A stretch of 64,000 nt of DNA from Azolla caroliniana (Eukaryota; Plantae; Polypodiophyta), in contig JBHGNT010000021.1 in assembly GCA_043228905.1 (NCBI GenBank), positions 4,154,001 through 4,218,000 of the forward strand, written 5' to 3'. Below are positions 61,954 to 64,000 of the stretch, piece by piece. The position numbers and the translations under genes were made by a program. The notes below the pieces were generated by a model, which saw nothing but the letters and a program-made list of their open reading frames with translations, had not been told where the DNA came from and searched no databases. How positions within the stretch are numbered: the stretch's first letter is position 1; each line of letters begins with the position of its first letter.

Positions 61954-63625
61954 CAAAGTTGTATATAATTTCCATCAAAGTATAATGGCCAGATCTGTCT
62001 TTTTGATGGTGCTCTATTGGATGAGCCAACTCTGGACTTCAAAGGTCCAAGCTTATGCCACTGATTGCAGATCAGGATCAAGTTTACAAGCTGAAAAAGT
62101 ATCTGAATCAGGGGATCCATGGGGAATTATATTTTCTGATTGGAATGGGAGTTTAACATTCTTCTCATCTCAGTTCTGTGGCGTCATTCATGTGAAAATC
62201 ACAAAGCACCTCTCCAAACATAGCCCAATCTACAAATGAAGTTCATTTATGTATTTGATCAAAGCCACATTTGAGGAAAATCAAATTATTTTTACAGAGC
62301 TCAATGTGCACAGTTGTTTATGGTTCAAAGAGTTTCTATTAGTGTCTTGCTATCAAATATTGGTTCTTTCTAGCATTGTGAAATATGCTATGATAAAATA
62401 ATGCTTGTAAATACTTTGCACAAGGGTTTTTAATGTGTGCATTGCAGGCAATAATTTTTCATTCTTAAATATTGATTTCGCATATGAGACATAATATCAA
62501 GTTGCTTTGATACAATACTTTTTGACAACTCTATAATCTACGATGATTAATGATTATGGGCATGAATGAGCTATATATATTTATATATGTGTTGTATGCT
62601 TTTATGAATTTATCATCTTCTAAATCGATAGCTGATGTCCAAAGTTGTGTTATATTTATGAATGTAGCAGGGATGATATGTAATATAATGAGGAAATTCA
62701 CTTAAGAAAAAACAATTTATGAAATGCAATCATTAATTTGGTGGAACCCATTCAAGGGTAGCAAATGTCACATTAAAATAATTCAGCTTCATAGTTCTAT
62801 CAACTTTGGAAGTTTATGGTAATGGAAATCACATCTTACAAAAATAAAACAATTTAATACGAGGGATTCTAAATTTGGTTGACTATGTCGAGGGGAAAAA
62901 AGATCATGCCAATAAGGGCTTATTTGTAGCAATATCAATTAATTGTAGGGTGATTTTGTGATTCACTGACCTCTGACATGCATGGCTTCATATGAAAGTG
63001 TACTCTACCATGCGACTCCGTACAAAACAAATGGCCATAAACATATTTCATGTGAAAAATTTGGCATTTACATTAGGTTAACATCCAAAGGTTTATGGGT
63101 TTGTGAACCATCTTAATTAGGAATTCACATTAGTATTGTTCATCAGACCGACAGATTCAGCATCGCATTATATTATATACAGCTGTATCATGTTTCCCAT
63201 TACATTTGCTACTACAATTCCATGAGATGAAGGCTTGACCTTATTTTATATATCCCACTTGTTTATATATATATATGTATATGTATATATATACTTATTA
63301 TTTAGCACTCTGGAGAAAGCAGAAAAGTAAAGTCTGAAAATTGAACAAATTCAAATAATTCGGTGCTTGTTAGGAATGTTCAACCTTCAAAATATCATGT
63401 TGAATGGTTATCTATCTTCCTGATAATCATATGCTTAAGACTAAACTCAAAATGGTTTTTTACATGCGTGCTTAATTAATTCTTAAGGAAAGAATAACAT
63501 TATCGGGATACAATTTTCTACATCATATCAGTAGAATACAAAATCATGAGCAAGAATACCCTGTGACAAATAATGTCACCACTGAATGCTCTTGCACAAC
63601 AAAAAGATTTTGCTTAATGATATGT

Positions 63626-64000
63626 TCAGCTAGTTTCATGTTTTACCAATTTGACATCAAAACCACCATCTGGTCGCTTAATCATAGTATATGGCATATA
63701 TGTGCCTAGCAATTTATCCCACATGATAAAGAAAGGTTGAGAGAAGTTGTACTTGTTGCCATGAAGTTGATGATGAACATCATGGTATGCTGTGTTATTT
63801 CTAAATAGCAAATGGAAAGGGTTACCCGGCAAGCGCAATCCACAATGATCATCAACAGTTTTGATGACCGCAAAGGAAAAAAAGAAGACTGATGTCCGAG
63901 GAGTCATTCCTGAAATAAGGAATGAAAATGCACCCCCTACAGTGTCCAGGAGCAACCCTTCAAGAGGATGGTTGTATAAAGCTCCAATTGCGTAAGGAAC
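63626..64000 (-). CDS. SBH: Sphingoid base (sphinganine) C4-hydroxylase, 3' part; the gene continues beyond the window
   Basis: Frame open to the window edge: VPYAIGALYNHPLEGLLLDTVGG..KTVDDHCG..AYHDVHHQL..NFSQPFF..WDKLLGTYMPY, with the fatty-acid hydroxylase His box and the plant SBH1/2 C-terminus. Confidence 0.93.
   Translation of the reverse strand, partial: VPYAIGALYNHPLEGLLLDTVGGAFSFLISGMTPRTSVFFFSFAVIKTVDDHCGLRLPGNPFHLLFRNNTAYHDVHHQLHGNKYNFSQPFFIMWDKLLGTYMPYTMIKRPDGGFDVKLVKHETS

Noticed and set aside
4597-64000. Lipid-signalling gene cluster (AOS plus SBH)
   Set aside because: Unrelated pathways separated by more than 50 kb and a PPR gene, with no evidence beyond proximity.

Overview
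Eukaryotic land-plant nuclear DNA, probably a fern or other non-seed plant (inferred from gene and TE style, not proven). There are three host genes: an intronless GC-rich CYP74, probably allene oxide synthase (4597-6246, +); a PLS-E class PPR gene (59974-61953, +); and the 3' end of a sphingoid-base C4-hydroxylase (63626-64000, -). About 49 kb between CYP74 and the PPR gene is a nest of transposons. A decayed LINE is split by Gypsy A (10526-30231), which holds Copia B (with a solo LTR inside it), truncated Copia C and a tRNA-Trp-primed Gypsy fragment T. Next come deleted Copia D and a ~25.5-kb interval (34303-59763) bounded by degenerate terminal inverted repeats with inverted subterminal motif arrays. 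That interval holds Copia E (with a solo LTR), Copia F (holding the young Trp-primed Gypsy G) and Copia H. The most notable signals are a -1 ribosomal frameshift cassette (G_GAU_UUU plus H-type pseudoknot) between gag-protease and pol in G, the hidden unclassified TIR element, an extra 3' ORF in Gypsy A, and a stem-loop around the PPT shared by several Copia families. All alignments were made by eye and no searches were run.
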